Shown piece after piece: positions 25,290 to 36,625 of a stretch of DNA of 64,000 bases (positions within the stretch are counted from its first letter, which is position 1; each line of letters starts with the position of its first letter). Below the pieces are notes generated by a model. That model saw only the letters and a program-made list of their open reading frames with translations, did not search any database and was not told where the DNA came from. Made by a program: the position numbers and the translations under genes. Origin of the DNA: an uncultured Nitrososphaerota archaeon (GTDB taxonomy: Archaea > Thermoproteota > Nitrososphaeria > Conexivisphaerales > DTJL01); assembly GCA_963842885.1 (NCBI GenBank), contig CAWJIE010000004.1:352706-416705 (forward strand). The letters are read 5' to 3'.

Positions 25290-26937
25290 TCAAAGGCCCG
25301 TGCTGCCCACGGCATATCTCTGCAGGAGCTTCGAGAACTTCATGAAGTCCTTTGCCGCGGCGTCAGGGTCGACCTCTTTGAATCTCACTCTCGACCCCGG
25401 CTTGAGCTGCGAGAACCTGCCCATGTCCGAGGGCAGTATGGCCGCCGCCAGCTGATATCCGCCAGTCGTGGGGCAGTCTTCGTTGCAATACGATGGAGGA
25501 GCCGTCGGGCGGGACCTGAACGTAACCCGGATAGGTCGGATAGGTGAGCACCTGTCCTCTGGCTCCAGGGATCCTTTCAGAACGCTTCAGTCGGTATCCC
25601 GTCCTATCAGAGGCCTCGCTCACCGAGAACTCAGAGCCGAAGAAGGCGTCTTCTGTAGCCGGTTCGCTATCACGGAGAGAACCCCTGACAGCCCTAATCG
25701 TGTCCCCGCTCAGGGGCGTCCTTCCGGATGCAGGCACGCTGCGCATAAGCACATGGTCTGAAAGCCCCTCCACGCCCAGCATGTCGCCAGCCTTCAGGGC
25801 CCTTCCCGAGTGGCCTCCGAAGCCGCCTTTGGAATAGGTCGAGCAGCTCCCCATGACGGGCTCGACGGCGAGCTTGCCCGCCACCGACAGGTAGTTCAGG
25901 AGGCCCACAGCCCTCCCCAGCGCCAGCTCGTCTCCCTCCCTCAGCAGGAGGGGCGAGTAGGTCTCGGCCTTACTCCCGCCGACGGTCAGCTCGCAATCGC
26001 TTCCGGTGACGGCTACCACCACGTCCGCGAGCGCCCTGACGCTGAAGAACCCACCCATCACCTCTATGACAGGGGAACCTCCCGGGTTGCCCACCACATA
26101 GTTCGACTGCAACTGAGAGAGGACGTCCAGGCCGCCCGAACTGGGCACCCCCAGATGTCTGAAGCCGGGCCTCCCCATGTCCTGCACCGTCGCGAACAGG
26201 CCAGGCTGCCTCACTTCCAGGACCGGGTTCCCAGCCACGAAGGAGGGAGGCGCGGGCGAAGCCTTCTTCACGAACTTGAATTCCTCGGCCGATATGGGCT
26301 CGAACTTCACTCGGTCACCGGGGCCCACGGGCGTCGGAGGCGACGCGTGGGCGTTGAACATGGTCAGGGGGGTCCGCCCGATCAGGCGCCAGCCGCCCGG
26401 CGTCTCCAGGCCATAGATGCCCGTCTGCGCCCCGGCTATCCCCACCGACCCCGGCTGCACCCTGGTCCTGGGCGTCTCCAGCCTGTCCGCCCTTATCTTC
26501 GGGTCCACCTCGTCGAGATAGACGAACCCGGGCGCGAAGCCCAGCATCATGCAGGTGTACTCCTTGGACGAATGCAAAGTGACGACCTCCTCCGGCTTGA
26601 GCCCGGCGTTCCTTGCCACCCACTCCAGGTCCGGGGCGAACCCTTCTTCGTAGCACACGGGGACCTTGACCAGCCTCCCCCTGGCTTCGTCGGCCGCCCC
26701 TGCAGCCCATGCCTTCTCCGCCGCCCTGATGACTGAAGCGACCTTGGCGGACGTGGGGTCGACCCTGGCCGCCAGGCTCGCGTAGGCGGGCGTCACTTCG
26801 TCCACCCCCTCCGTCTTGTAGAGCGCCGCGAACAGGTGGTGCACTTTGGCGCTGCAGGAGAGGCTTATCTCGTCCCCGACCTCGATATGGAGGACCGACC
26901 CTCCCTGCACGGAGAATCGCAGCCTGTCGTAGATCAT
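25290..26937 (-). CDS. 5-oxoprolinase PxpB-PxpC fusion, frameshift near 25480
   Basis: PxpB motifs GFAPGFVYL and TPGGWRLIGRTP; PxpC motifs TVQDMGRPG and SDRTGYRL. The frame resumes as DCPTTGGYQ and stops at 25290. Confidence 0.85.
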
Positions 26938-27734
26938 GGAGCCCGGCTCCCGAATAGCAAGGAGAGGGGGAGGACCTCCACCCCTTCATCCTTCAGCCTG
27001 CGCCGGACCTCGGCAGCTATGGCGGGGGCGCCCGGCGTATCGCCATGGATGCAAAGGGTGTCCACGTCCAGACTGACCGGCCTCCCGGTCACGGAGATGA
27101 CGGAGCCCCGCTTGACCATCATGGAGGCGCGCTCGGCCGCGACCCTTGGGTCGGTTATGAGGGCGAGCGGCGAACCCCTCGGGGCCAGCCTTCCATCGTC
27201 GAGGTAGCCCCTTTCGGGGAATCCCTCCCTTGCTACGACGAGCCCCGCCTTCCTCGCGATTCTCTCAATCACGGAGTTGGGAGGGGCTATCAGGATCAGC
27301 TCCATGGAGATGGCGCTCACCGCTTCGACTATGGCCCTGGCGTAGTCCTCCCTCCCCCAGGCCATGTTGTAGAGGGCGCCGTGAGGCTTCACATGCTGCA
27401 TTTTCACCCCAAGAGATTCTGAGATGCCCCTCAGGGCCGAGACCTGATAGAGCACCGCGGCCTCCAGCTCCTCCACGGGCATCTCCATCTCGTTCCTCCC
27501 GAAGCCCTCTCGGTCAGGGAAGCTGGGGTGGGCCCCAATCTGGACGCCGTTGGCCCTGCAGAGCTCCACCGTCCTCCTGATGGTGAACGGGTCGCCTCCA
27601 TGGAAGCCGCAGGCGAGGCTAGCCGACGAAACCACCTTGACCAGCTCCTCGTCCGACCCCACCCTCGACGCCCCGAAGGACTCGCCCATGTCGGCGTTGA
27701 GGTCCACCTTCCCCCTCAATCGTCCTGAAATCAT
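26934..27734 (-). CDS. pxpA: 5-oxoprolinase subunit A (LamB/YcsF)
   Basis: DLNADMGESFG, ACGFHGGD, GAHPSFPD, HVKPHGALYN and TLCIHGD. Confidence 0.93.
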   Translation of the reverse strand: MISGRLRGKVDLNADMGESFGASRVGSDEELVKVVSSASLACGFHGGDPFTIRRTVELCRANGVQIGAHPSFPDREGFGRNEMEMPVEELEAAVLYQVSALRGISESLGVKMQHVKPHGALYNMAWGREDYARAIVEAVSAISMELILIAPPNSVIERIARKAGLVVAREGFPERGYLDDGRLAPRGSPLALITDPRVAAERASMMVKRGSVISVTGRPVSLDVDTLCIHGDTPGAPAIAAEVRRRLKDEGVEVLPLSLLFGSRAP

Positions 27735-27888
27735 ACCCCGTTCGATTTAAAGTTGAACATGGAGCTATGGTGCGGCCGCTAAGGCGAATCGAACCCCTGT
27801 CCAAGGCTCCATCGGGCCTCCAACGTTGAAAACAACCTCTCGCATCGGGTTATCTCTTAATAGCACGGATGTAAGCAAACCACCTACG

Positions 27889-28867
27889 ATGAGACAGGCC
27901 TTCGTCATCAGGGAGTTCCAGCCTGCGGACTACGAGCGGATGGCGGAGGTCGCCCATTCGAATCGATCCTCAATTCAATCCGACGGTCGAGGGGCTTCGA
28001 TTCGATGATGATAGCTTCGATCGGACGAAGTACATCCTAAGACGTTACGTTGCCCTTGAGCATGGCGGGGAAAAGGCCATCGCCTTCGGCGACTTCGCCC
28101 ATACCCCCCAGACCTTCCACCCCCTCATATTCTTCATGGACATTCAGATCGACCCGCCGTGGCAGGGGAGGGGCGCGGGCTCCGCGCTCTGGGCGCGGTT
28201 GGAGTCGGACCTCCATGACCTTGGAGCCATCTCCGTTAGGGCAGAGACCAGGGAGGACAGGCCGGCCGCCATCTCCTTCCTGATGAACAGAGGCTTCACA
28301 GAGACCATGCGCATGTGGGAGAGCCACCTACGAGTGAGCGATGCCGATTCGACAGGGCTCGGGGAGCAGGTCGAACGCCTGAAGGCTGGAGGGATCAGCG
28401 TCTCCACCCTGGAGGCGGACTCGAAGAAGGACCCATCATGTCTCAGCAAACTCCACGGCCTCTACCTCTCCGTCATGCCGGACATACCTCTGCCAGGCCC
28501 CTTCACGGAGGTGCCCCTCGAGGAGTTCCTGAACCAGTACGTCAGGAGGCCAGGCACCCTGCCAGATGGCTTCTTCATAGCCAGGGACGGGGAGAACTAT
28601 GTCGGGCTCAGCAGCCTCTGGAGGGAGGAGAACACGTCCGACCTATGGCAGATCATAACCGGCGTCCGGAGGGAGTACAGGCGCCGGGGCGTCGCCTTGG
28701 CGCTCAAGCTCAGCGTCATGGATTACGCCAAGAAGCGCGGCGCCGAAACGATCAAGACCTGGAACGCGTCGACGAACCTCGCAATGCTTTCCCTGAACGA
28801 GAGGCTCGGGTACCGCAGGAAGGTCGGATGGATCGCCTTCGAGAAGAGCCTCTCAAGTCCAATGTAA
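27889..28867 (+). CDS. Tandem GNAT acetyltransferase, frameshifted near the 5' end
   Basis: QGRGAG and TGVRREYRRRGVALALK..N..ML.LNERLGY. Paralogous to 45858..46802. Confidence 0.8.
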
Positions 28868-28922
28868 TAGCCGGGAAGGGCATCCCACTCGATTCAGGGA
28901 TGAACGTGGGTGTCGCAGATGG

Positions 28923-29012
28923 TGGGGCCGCCAAGGGGAATCGAACCCCTGCCCAAGGCTTTCTGCCGCGCAGCGACCACAGGCCTCGATACTACCACTA
29001 TACGATGGCGGC
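28923..29012 (-). tRNA. tRNA-His(GTG) with canonical 37/38 intron
   Basis: GCCGCCA/TGGCGGC acceptor with an encoded G-1, GAGGC-CTGTGG^A-GCCTT anticodon arm, 16-nt BHB intron and CCA. Confidence 0.93.
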
Positions 29013-29247
29013 CACTAATCGAATCAGACACGAATGAAATCGGTAATTAAGCTTTCGCCGACGGGACGCAGCGACAGCAGGAGACCCGGCTATCGGACAT
29101 AAGGGACGAACGTGAGCATGAGAACAGTCGAGCGACAGCGGTATCCCGAGCTTGAGGAATTCGCCGAAGCTGAGCCTTCGCTACCAGATCGGCCGCTTCC
29201 GCGCAGCCTCTTATCTACGGTGCTCTGCCAAACTTCCCGGAGTCAGC

Positions 29248-29514
29248 TTACCCGAAGAGCTTCCGCGCTTCCCGCTTGGACACGGCGGTGAGGGTCTCTG
29301 TGGCAACTATGTGGGCCTGGGCGAGGAAGAAATCCATGACCGTCTTGACGTCTGGAGCCTCGACGACCATGACGTTGTCGTACCTCCCCAGAGTGTAGAA
29401 GTCGCTGCGAACCTTCAGTCCCTTCTTCGCAAATTGCGCCTCCAGCTTGTCCTCCTCCGCAAGGTCCGCCTTGGTGAGCTTCTTCCGGAACTTCAGCAGT
29501 GTGACGAACCACAT
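29248..29514 (-). CDS. GYD domain protein
   Basis: YTLGRYDNVMVVEAPD...TETLTA signature. Confidence 0.85.
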   Translation of the reverse strand: MWFVTLLKFRKKLTKADLAEEDKLEAQFAKKGLKVRSDFYTLGRYDNVMVVEAPDVKTVMDFFLAQAHIVATETLTAVSKREARKLFG

Positions 29515-29653
29515 TGCAGCTACACTTCGTTTCATATGGCTAATAAGCTTTCAGGCCTCCGGGGCGCTTCGTTCGGACGCTTGATGAAGGGCCCTTCGTG
29601 AGGCCTCTAAAGCTTATATGGAGCCCGAAGGCCAGTTAAGACTCGAGTTTACT

Positions 29654-30046
29654 TTGAGCCATCCAACGGACCTCGGGGCCGTCAAAGAAGGCTCTTACGT
29701 AGTCCTCGACGGCGAACCCTGCAAAGTCGTGCAGTCGGACAAGAGCAAGCCGGGGAAGCACGGCGCCGCAAAGATCAGGCTTGCGGCCGTATCGATCTTC
29801 ACGGGCTCGAAGCATGCCTACGTGGGCCCCTCGGCTTCAAGGATAGAGGTCCCCAACATCGACAAGCGGAGCGGCCAGGTCCTCTCTATGCTGCCCAACT
29901 CCATCCAGATCATGGATATGGAGACCTACGAGAACTTCGAGACGAACCTCGTGGAGGACGAGATAAGGGCGAAGGTCCAGCAGGGGTCAGAGGTCGAGTA
30001 CTGGTCCGTGATGGGGAAGGTCCGCATCATGCGCGTCAAAGGATAG
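29654..30046 (+). CDS. eif5a: Translation factor aIF-5A
   Basis: Hypusination motif SKPGKHGAAK. Probable TTG start at 29654. Confidence 0.95.
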   Translation: MSHPTDLGAVKEGSYVVLDGEPCKVVQSDKSKPGKHGAAKIRLAAVSIFTGSKHAYVGPSASRIEVPNIDKRSGQVLSMLPNSIQIMDMETYENFETNLVEDEIRAKVQQGSEVEYWSVMGKVRIMRVKG

Positions 30047-30122
30047 ACTGAAGCAGGCCTCGTTTCCATTAGCAATACAACGTTCTTATCGCAGTTCAGG
30101 TTGTCTACGCCGCGCAGCGACC

Positions 30123-30674
30123 ATGCTCGTCAGACGTGCAACCATCGCCGACGCCGATTCGATCGCACATGTCCAAGTGGATACCTGGCGAGCCTCCTAT
30201 CGGGGGATAATCCCCGCCAGCTACCTCGACGGGCTGTCATACGAAAGGTCCAGCGGCATGTGGGCAAGGGCCATCCGAGGAAGGGAAAAGGGATCTGGCG
30301 TCCTCGTGGCTCAGGAGGAGGGTGGGGCCATCGTCGGGTTCGCTTCATTCGGCCCAGAGCGGACAAGGGACCCGAATTATAGGGGCGAACTCTACGCCGT
30401 CTACGTCCTCCAGGGAAGTCAGAAGAGGGGGATCGGTTCAACCCTGGTAGTGTTTGCGTCGAGGGAGCTGCTGGAGAAAGGCTTCACTTCCATGCTGCTG
30501 TGGGTCCTGGTCGAGAACCCGTCTCGGCGGTTCTACGAGAAGCTGGGGGGCCAATATCTTCGCGACCAGTCGATTGAAATCGGCGGGGCGAAGCTGCAGG
30601 AAGTTGCCTACGGCTGGAAGGACCTCTCTTCTCTGGAGGGCCTCCTTCAGGCACGTCTCCGGAGCCAAAGTTAA
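30123..30674 (+). CDS. GNAT acetyltransferase
   Basis: ELYAVYV...QKRGIG and LWVLVENPSRRFYEKLGG. Confidence 0.9.
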   Translation: MLVRRATIADADSIAHVQVDTWRASYRGIIPASYLDGLSYERSSGMWARAIRGREKGSGVLVAQEEGGAIVGFASFGPERTRDPNYRGELYAVYVLQGSQKRGIGSTLVVFASRELLEKGFTSMLLWVLVENPSRRFYEKLGGQYLRDQSIEIGGAKLQEVAYGWKDLSSLEGLLQARLRSQS

Positions 30675-30915
30675 TACGCACGTCCCATTGGTCTCATTCT
30701 CGCGAAGGCGGAGGTCCGTCAGCGGAAGGAGGGCAGCCACCGACGGGCAAGCCGACCCTCTCGGATGACTCCAGAGAGGAGGATGAAGATCACGCCCTCC
30801 TACGCCGGAAATCCTCCCGCCCTCCATCGCTCCTGCCTAGACGCCCCCCCCCAAGCCACAGGATGAAAGGCATAAGTGTCCATGCCCGCCCTAGAGGACC
30901 GGCTCGAGACCTCCA

Positions 30916-31671
30916 ATGGCTCACAGAGGGGATGACGACGGGCCGGCCGTCAGGCTTGAAAGGATCTCCAAGAGCTTCGGCCCGATCAAGGCGGTGGACG
31001 GGCTCAGCATGGAGGTGCGAAAGGGCACCATCCACGGGCTCCTCGGCCCAAACGCTGCGGGCAAGACGACGACCATCAAGCTGATGACGGGTAAGCTGAA
31101 GCCCGACTCGGGTTCGGCCACCGTCCTGGGCCAGGCGATGCCTGAGGGCTATGGCAAGATCGCCGCCTCGGTGGGAGTCATGCCTCAGGGGCAGGCCCTG
31201 TATGGCGACCTCTCCGCGGCCCAGAACCTCCGCTTCTTCGCTTCTCTTCAGGACATGCGAGGTCCCGGCGCCAGGACCAGGATCGACGAGCTGCTGAAGC
31301 TCATGAGGATCGAGGACGAGGCGGACAGGGCCGTCTACACCCTCTCAGGAGGGACCAAGCAGCGCCTGAGCTTGGCCTGCTCCCTCCTCCACTCCCCCTC
31401 CCTCCTGATTCTAGATGAGCCCACGGTCGGCATCGACCCCCTCCTCAGGCGCGTATTCTGGGACTACTTCCGGCGGCTCAGGGAGGGAGGCACCACGATC
31501 ATCATGACGACGCACTACATCCAGGAGGCGGAGAACTGCGATTTCGTCTCCCTGCTGCGAGAGGGCCGGTTGGTGGCGGAGGGACGGCCCGACGACCTCA
31601 AGAAGGAGCACGGAGGCGAGTCGCTGGAGGAGGTCTTCGTCAAGCTTTCGGGGGCTGCAATCGATGGCTAA
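30916..31671 (+). CDS. ABC-2 exporter ATP-binding protein
   Basis: GPNAAGKTT, LSGG, LILDEPT and TTHY. Confidence 0.92.
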   Translation: MAHRGDDDGPAVRLERISKSFGPIKAVDGLSMEVRKGTIHGLLGPNAAGKTTTIKLMTGKLKPDSGSATVLGQAMPEGYGKIAASVGVMPQGQALYGDLSAAQNLRFFASLQDMRGPGARTRIDELLKLMRIEDEADRAVYTLSGGTKQRLSLACSLLHSPSLLILDEPTVGIDPLLRRVFWDYFRRLREGGTTIIMTTHYIQEAENCDFVSLLREGRLVAEGRPDDLKKEHGGESLEEVFVKLSGAAIDG

Positions 31672-32784
31672 CGCTCGCCGCTCCATGGCCATCGCCCGCA
31701 GGGTCCTGACCCAGATATCGAGGGACAGGAGGACCACGGCCTTCGTCCTGGTCTTCCCCGTGGTCTTCGTCCTCATGTTCGGCCTGGCCTTCGGCGGGAC
31801 CATAGGCAACGTGAAGACGGCCTACATCAACAACGACGGCCCCTTCCAGGGAGCCCACATCGGGGGCGACATGGTCGCCAGGCTGAGCAACGACTCGAGG
31901 GTCTCCCTGACGAACCTCACAGGGCTGGAGTCCTACAACCAGGCCGTCCAGGACGTCCGAGACGGGAAGTACTCCGCCGCCATACTGTTCGACGGCAACC
32001 TGACAATGAACATCCTCCTGGCCAGCCGGGGCCTCTCCAACCAGTCCGGGGTCATCGAGCTCTTCCTCGACAACACGAACCCGCAGATCTCCTCCGCCGT
32101 CACCCAGGCCTTCCAGGAGAGCCTCTCCAGCACCCTGGGCTCGAAGTCGTCGCTTGACCTTGAGGTGTCCACGCTCCTGAGCGTCTCCCTCCGCCAGGTG
32201 GACTTCTTCGCCCCCGGCATCATGGGGTTCGGCGTCCTCGTCCTGAGCATGATCCTCAGCCTCATGATAACCATCAGGGAGAGGAAGGAGGGGACGCTGG
32301 GGAGGGTCCTCAGCACCAGGGCCACGAAGCTGGACCTCGTCCTCGGCTACATGATGGGCTTCGGCCTCATCGGCCTCATCGTGGGCACCATAGTCCTCGT
32401 GAGCTCCATCCTGATTTTCAACGTCGTCGTGCAGGGCTCACTCCTCCTCGTCTACTTGGTCGTGATACTCTTCACAGAGAGCTGCGTCGGCCTGGGGGTC
32501 CTGCTGAGCGCATTCGCCAGGAACGAGTTCCAGGCGGTGCAGTTCATCCCCATAACCATCTTCATCTCCATCTTCTTCAGCGGCTTCCTGATACCCATCG
32601 GTTCCATGCCGGCGTGGCTCCAGCCGGTCTCCTACGTCGTCCCCCTGACCTACGCGATCGACGCCCTGAGGGACGTGATGCTGAGGGGGACCGGGATCGG
32701 GGGATACTCGGCGACCTCGCCTTCTTCCTCATCGTCATAGCCGTCACGATGCTGGGGGCGGCGCGGTCAATGGGGAAGGAATGA
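31664..32784 (+). CDS. ABC-2 exporter permease, frameshift near 32700
   Basis: RDRRT, RERKEGTL and PLTYAIDALR. The last TM helix continues in another frame to TGA at 32784. Confidence 0.85.
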
Positions 32785-32904
32785 GCCCGGCACCAACGAG
32801 TGACAAGAGATTGACAAGGTCACCATGGAGGTCCCGGGAGAAACCAGTGAGGTACGCTGAACGGGCTTCAGTGGCGGATTTAGGTCTCTCGTCAGATAAG
32901 GTAT

Positions 32905-33723
32905 ATGATGGACGCTGGCAAGGAAATGTCATTGCCTTGCTTCCCTCCGAGGCGGCGCAGGCGGTTGAGGAGAACCAGTGGGCCTGTTCTTCGAGGGCCT
33001 TTGGAAACGGCTTTCATGAGGAAGAGGACCTGGCATGGTGTGCGACCGGGATCCTCGATCCCGGGTTCAACGGAGTATTCAAGGCAAGACTGCGACCAGA
33101 TGCCTTAGACAGGTAGGATCGAAGAAACCCTCGAGCCGTTCAGAGGGCGCAAGCTGCCGATGTGCTGGTGGGTGGGGCCTGCGAGCAGCCCGGCCAATCT
33201 CGGTGAGCGCCTGGAATCCCACGGGCTGAGGCTCGAGGAGAGGGTGCCGGGGATGGCAATCGAGCTGGACTTCCTGAAGAGGGTCGAGCCTCCGAAGGGG
33301 TTGAGGATCGAGCGAGTGAGGGACAGGCGGGCGTTGGCAGATTGGACGCGCATCATAATCTCAGTGTTCGGGCTTCCCGTCGAGTCCTCCTCCATCATTC
33401 TTGAGTTGTTCGACAGGCTGGGATACGCTCCCGATTCGAACTGGGTCGACTACGTCGGCATCCTTGGCGATGAGACCGTATCCGCCTCAACCCTCTTCCT
33501 GGAGCGGGAAGTCGCAGGCATCTACAACGTGGCCACCCTGCCGGATGCGCGAGGAAGAGGGATCGGGGCTGCGATGACATTCACCCCACTGCAGGAGGCT
33601 CGCGAAAGGGAGCGACGAATCGGGATCCTTCAATCGTCGCATATGGGTTACGGTGTGTATAGGCGCCTCGGATTCGAACAGTGCTGCACGATCGACATGT
33701 ACGTGAAGACGTCCTGGGAATGA
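32905..33723 (+). CDS. GNAT acetyltransferase, frameshifted in the 5' part
   Basis: GIYNVATLPDARGRGIG..LQSSHMGYGVYRRLGF. The upstream part (AVEEN..FNGVF) is in another frame. Confidence 0.75.
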
Positions 33724-33793
33724 CTTGGCGGCCTCCTCAAGGAAGAATCGAGTTCGCCGGCCCAGGCAGGTCTAGGGCCGGTGGGACTCGCCC

Positions 33794-33818
33794 CCAAACA
33801 GGTTCGAAGAGGGGATTC
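33794..33818. repeat. 25-bp direct repeat, copy 1 (CCAAACAGGTTCGAAGAGGGGATTC)
   Basis: Identical to 34888-34912. Confidence 0.85.
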
Positions 33819-33869
33819 TTGGGCCAGAATCGTCGCAATCCGAGTCCGAATCAGTCAGCAGAGCGCACG

Positions 33870-34736
33870 CTATTCTTCTCTTAGACCCCATTCGGATGGT
33901 ACACGGAAACCAGGTTCGCTCTTGCAGTAGGCTCGGATTTCAGGGAACTTCTCATTGATCGAGAGAGTCATCCTAGCTATCTTGTCATATAGCATTAGAG
34001 TCTCTTCGTCGGGAAGTGGGTCCGACAGTTTTTGGTTGAGAAAGCCCCAGCCCCCGTCCCAAGGCAGAATCTCAATCTTGTTTAGGGCCAGGAAGTCCCG
34101 CACAACATCCCCCCAGATGAACCTGATCCCATGCATGTCGAAGATCCCAAACTTCTCGGGGTCAGCTCTTCCCGACCGGCACATTTCCCAGGCTCTGCCA
34201 GCGGTGATGAACTCCTCTGGTGGAACGTCCAGTGGGTCGAATCTGATGTCGAGAGCTCCTCTTTGGAACGAGTCGAGCTGTGAGTCAACCATCGCCCAGC
34301 GTCTCGTTCCAGTGTCCCAATACTCGCAAACCCAATGATCCTCATAATGACCAGGCTCGAAGTATGTGCCGAACCCGCACCTAGCCCTGGCGGGCATTCC
34401 CTTGTGGCGAAGTATCGAACAAAGAAGGACCGAAAAGTCACGGCAATTCCCAACTTGACGCTGATTGAGCGGTCTGGATACGTTGAGAGGTTGATCACTT
34501 ACTTTGGCTAATAGAGCAAGCTTCTCAGCAACTGGGCGAATCTGCAAGCTGGCCTGCTGATCCTCCGTCAGAGTCAACCCCATTCGCTCGGCCCAGAAGA
34601 CGTGAACCAGGTTGTTTTGAATTGCCGTGCAAATCGAGGCAAGATCGTTTGGGAGGCCTGCCAGCAGAGAGGCGTGTTCGCCGGGATCAGTCATCATCCC
34701 TGGTTGGGAGTAAAACGTCAGGGGATCGAGCAACAT
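33870..34736 (-). CDS. Transglutaminase-like domain protein
   Basis: GNCRDFS..LRHKGMPARARCGF..DHWVCEYW..VD, giving a Cys-His-Asp triad. Confidence 0.88.
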   Translation of the reverse strand: MLLDPLTFYSQPGMMTDPGEHASLLAGLPNDLASICTAIQNNLVHVFWAERMGLTLTEDQQASLQIRPVAEKLALLAKVSDQPLNVSRPLNQRQVGNCRDFSVLLCSILRHKGMPARARCGFGTYFEPGHYEDHWVCEYWDTGTRRWAMVDSQLDSFQRGALDIRFDPLDVPPEEFITAGRAWEMCRSGRADPEKFGIFDMHGIRFIWGDVVRDFLALNKIEILPWDGGWGFLNQKLSDPLPDEETLMLYDKIARMTLSINEKFPEIRAYCKSEPGFRVPSEWGLREE

Positions 34737-34887
34737 CGTTTGTCACACATTGCAGCATGGCTGCCTGCTATAAGCCTCTCCTGTTCCAAACTGATCTAGA
34801 GATTACAGAACAGACATTCAATGTGGCTCCATCTCAGGTTCAAGGGCGTCCCCGTTTCTGTTTTGGCGGGGCCAGTGGGGTCCGTCG

Positions 34888-34912
34888 CCAAACAGGTTCG
34901 AAGAGGGGATTC
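34888..34912. repeat. 25-bp direct repeat, copy 2
   Basis: Identical to 33794-33818. Confidence 0.85.
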
Positions 34913-35011
34913 CGGCGGACAGAGACGGCGACGGGAGCAGACGCCACTCATCTCCCCTATTTTGATCTCGGAATCAGACTGGGCTCGGGGCCTAGTGCGC
35001 TGGACGGGTTC

Positions 35012-35854
35012 TTACCCCGCCTTAGCCGCCATCTCCTCGTAGAGCTTCCCCAGGTTCTCCAGGTGTATATCGTTGTATGCCTTGGGCATCTGCTCAAGTC
35101 TACGCTCCGGAAGACACCTGCCCAAGGGGACCTCTGACGAGGCCTCCTTGAGCGTCTTCCCCGACTTGATGCAATCAGCTGCGAGCCTTCTTGCGCTGTC
35201 AAGGTAAGCTATGTCCCAGTCGAGCTTCTCATCGCCGCAGATCCCCCCATGTCCCTGAATTATCCTCATTCCGCTTACGATCGGCCTCAGCCTCTCGAGC
35301 GAACCTTTCAGGGCCCAGCTGTCTCCATACCATAGGTATGGGAGCTCCATCACCGTGTCGCCCGCAACGATGACGCGCTCATCTTTCAGGTGTCCGACGA
35401 TTGAATCGGGCGTGTGTCCCGGCGTATGGAGGAACTCGATTTCCAGGTCGCCGAGTGTCAGGACCGACTTGTCCCTGATTGTCTCGTTGGGATACACGGT
35501 CCTGACCTTCTCTCCCTCCTCCAGGCCTTCGTTGAAATCGTCCCAGGTCAGCAGTGTGCGCATCAGGTCAGGGGAGAGACTGTGCGAGATTATCCTCTTT
35601 GTCTCGTAGAACATCTGGTTTCCGGCCGTGTGATCCCAATGCCAATGCGTGTTTATCAGCCCCACGACGTTCAGCCCCATCGATTTGACGCTCCGGAGCA
35701 GGTTCCGATTGTCCTCCGGGTAGTACATCGTATCGAACACGAAGGCCTGATTTCCTGAGGAGACCACGGTCGAGGTCACGCCGACCCCTGCCCACGGGTG
35801 ACGCCCTCTGAAGACGGTGACCCCTTCCGACAGGTTTTCGCGAATCAGGCTCAT
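35012..35854 (-). CDS. MBL-fold metallo-hydrolase
   Basis: THWHWDHTAGN, TPGHT, AGD and GHG. Confidence 0.9.
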   Translation of the reverse strand: MSLIRENLSEGVTVFRGRHPWAGVGVTSTVVSSGNQAFVFDTMYYPEDNRNLLRSVKSMGLNVVGLINTHWHWDHTAGNQMFYETKRIISHSLSPDLMRTLLTWDDFNEGLEEGEKVRTVYPNETIRDKSVLTLGDLEIEFLHTPGHTPDSIVGHLKDERVIVAGDTVMELPYLWYGDSWALKGSLERLRPIVSGMRIIQGHGGICGDEKLDWDIAYLDSARRLAADCIKSGKTLKEASSEVPLGRCLPERRLEQMPKAYNDIHLENLGKLYEEMAAKAG

Positions 35855-36046
35855 ATGTGCTGAAAAGCCGATGCGCCTATTTCAAGTGTTCGAGCTCGGG
35901 GGAACTGGCCTAGGGTCAGTTGAGCGAGCCCGGTCCGATCAGGACCTGTTTGGGCGCAGGAGAGTCCCTCTCAAGAGGACCCTGGTCCATCGATGGAGAT
36001 GACAAGTCTTATCAGTTGCGGGGCCTATCAAATATATGAGAAGAGA

Positions 36047-36520
36047 ATGCCTAGAAGAATGAAGGTGAGTGGGTTGGTGAAGAGGAAAGGACGAAAGGTC
36101 GCCAAGGAGACGGTGAATCCAGAAGCGGAGAAGGCGGCGATCAGGTCCGCGTTGAACGATTACGTGAAGGCCGTTGAGAGCGAGGACATAGGGTCGTACG
36201 GCAAGGTGGTCCGCCATGATCCGAAGATGGTGAACTTCGGGTCCGATGCCAGCGAACGGATCGTGGGTTGGGAGGCATTGAAGAAGGCCATCGAAGCCCA
36301 GTTCGTCGCGCTGTCGGAGACGAGGATTGCGGTCAGCGACATCACTGTAAACGTGGCACCGGGGAGAAGGTTCGCTTGGGCGACTTCGCTCTGGGACTTC
36401 AAGGCCAATATGGGAGGGCAGGCGATGGCCTTGCCCGTGCGTTGTACCTGGATCCTGGAAAAGCGACGATCGAACTGGGTCATCGTGCACTTCCACAAAT
36501 CGGTGGGGATGACGGCCTAG
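36047..36520 (+). CDS. SnoaL/NTF2-like protein
   Basis: RCTWILEKR..WVIVHFHKS C-terminal pattern. Start uncertain. Confidence 0.8.
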   Translation: MPRRMKVSGLVKRKGRKVAKETVNPEAEKAAIRSALNDYVKAVESEDIGSYGKVVRHDPKMVNFGSDASERIVGWEALKKAIEAQFVALSETRIAVSDITVNVAPGRRFAWATSLWDFKANMGGQAMALPVRCTWILEKRRSNWVIVHFHKSVGMTA

Positions 36521-36625
36521 ACCGAGAAAGCGACTAAATCCCTCAGGCTGCTCGGCGATCACACCTTCAGGGGGGCCGAACTCACAGCCGAGGGCGTCGA
36601 CGAGCGCAGCGAGTCGGGACCTTCG

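Noticed and set aside
30680-30900. Short ORFs between the GNAT and ABC genes
   Set aside because: No recognisable motifs or consistent coding signal.
33794-34912. CRISPR array based on the 25-bp repeat
   Set aside because: Only two copies about 1.1 kb apart with a gene between them, and no cas genes. No regularly spaced array was seen anywhere in the window.
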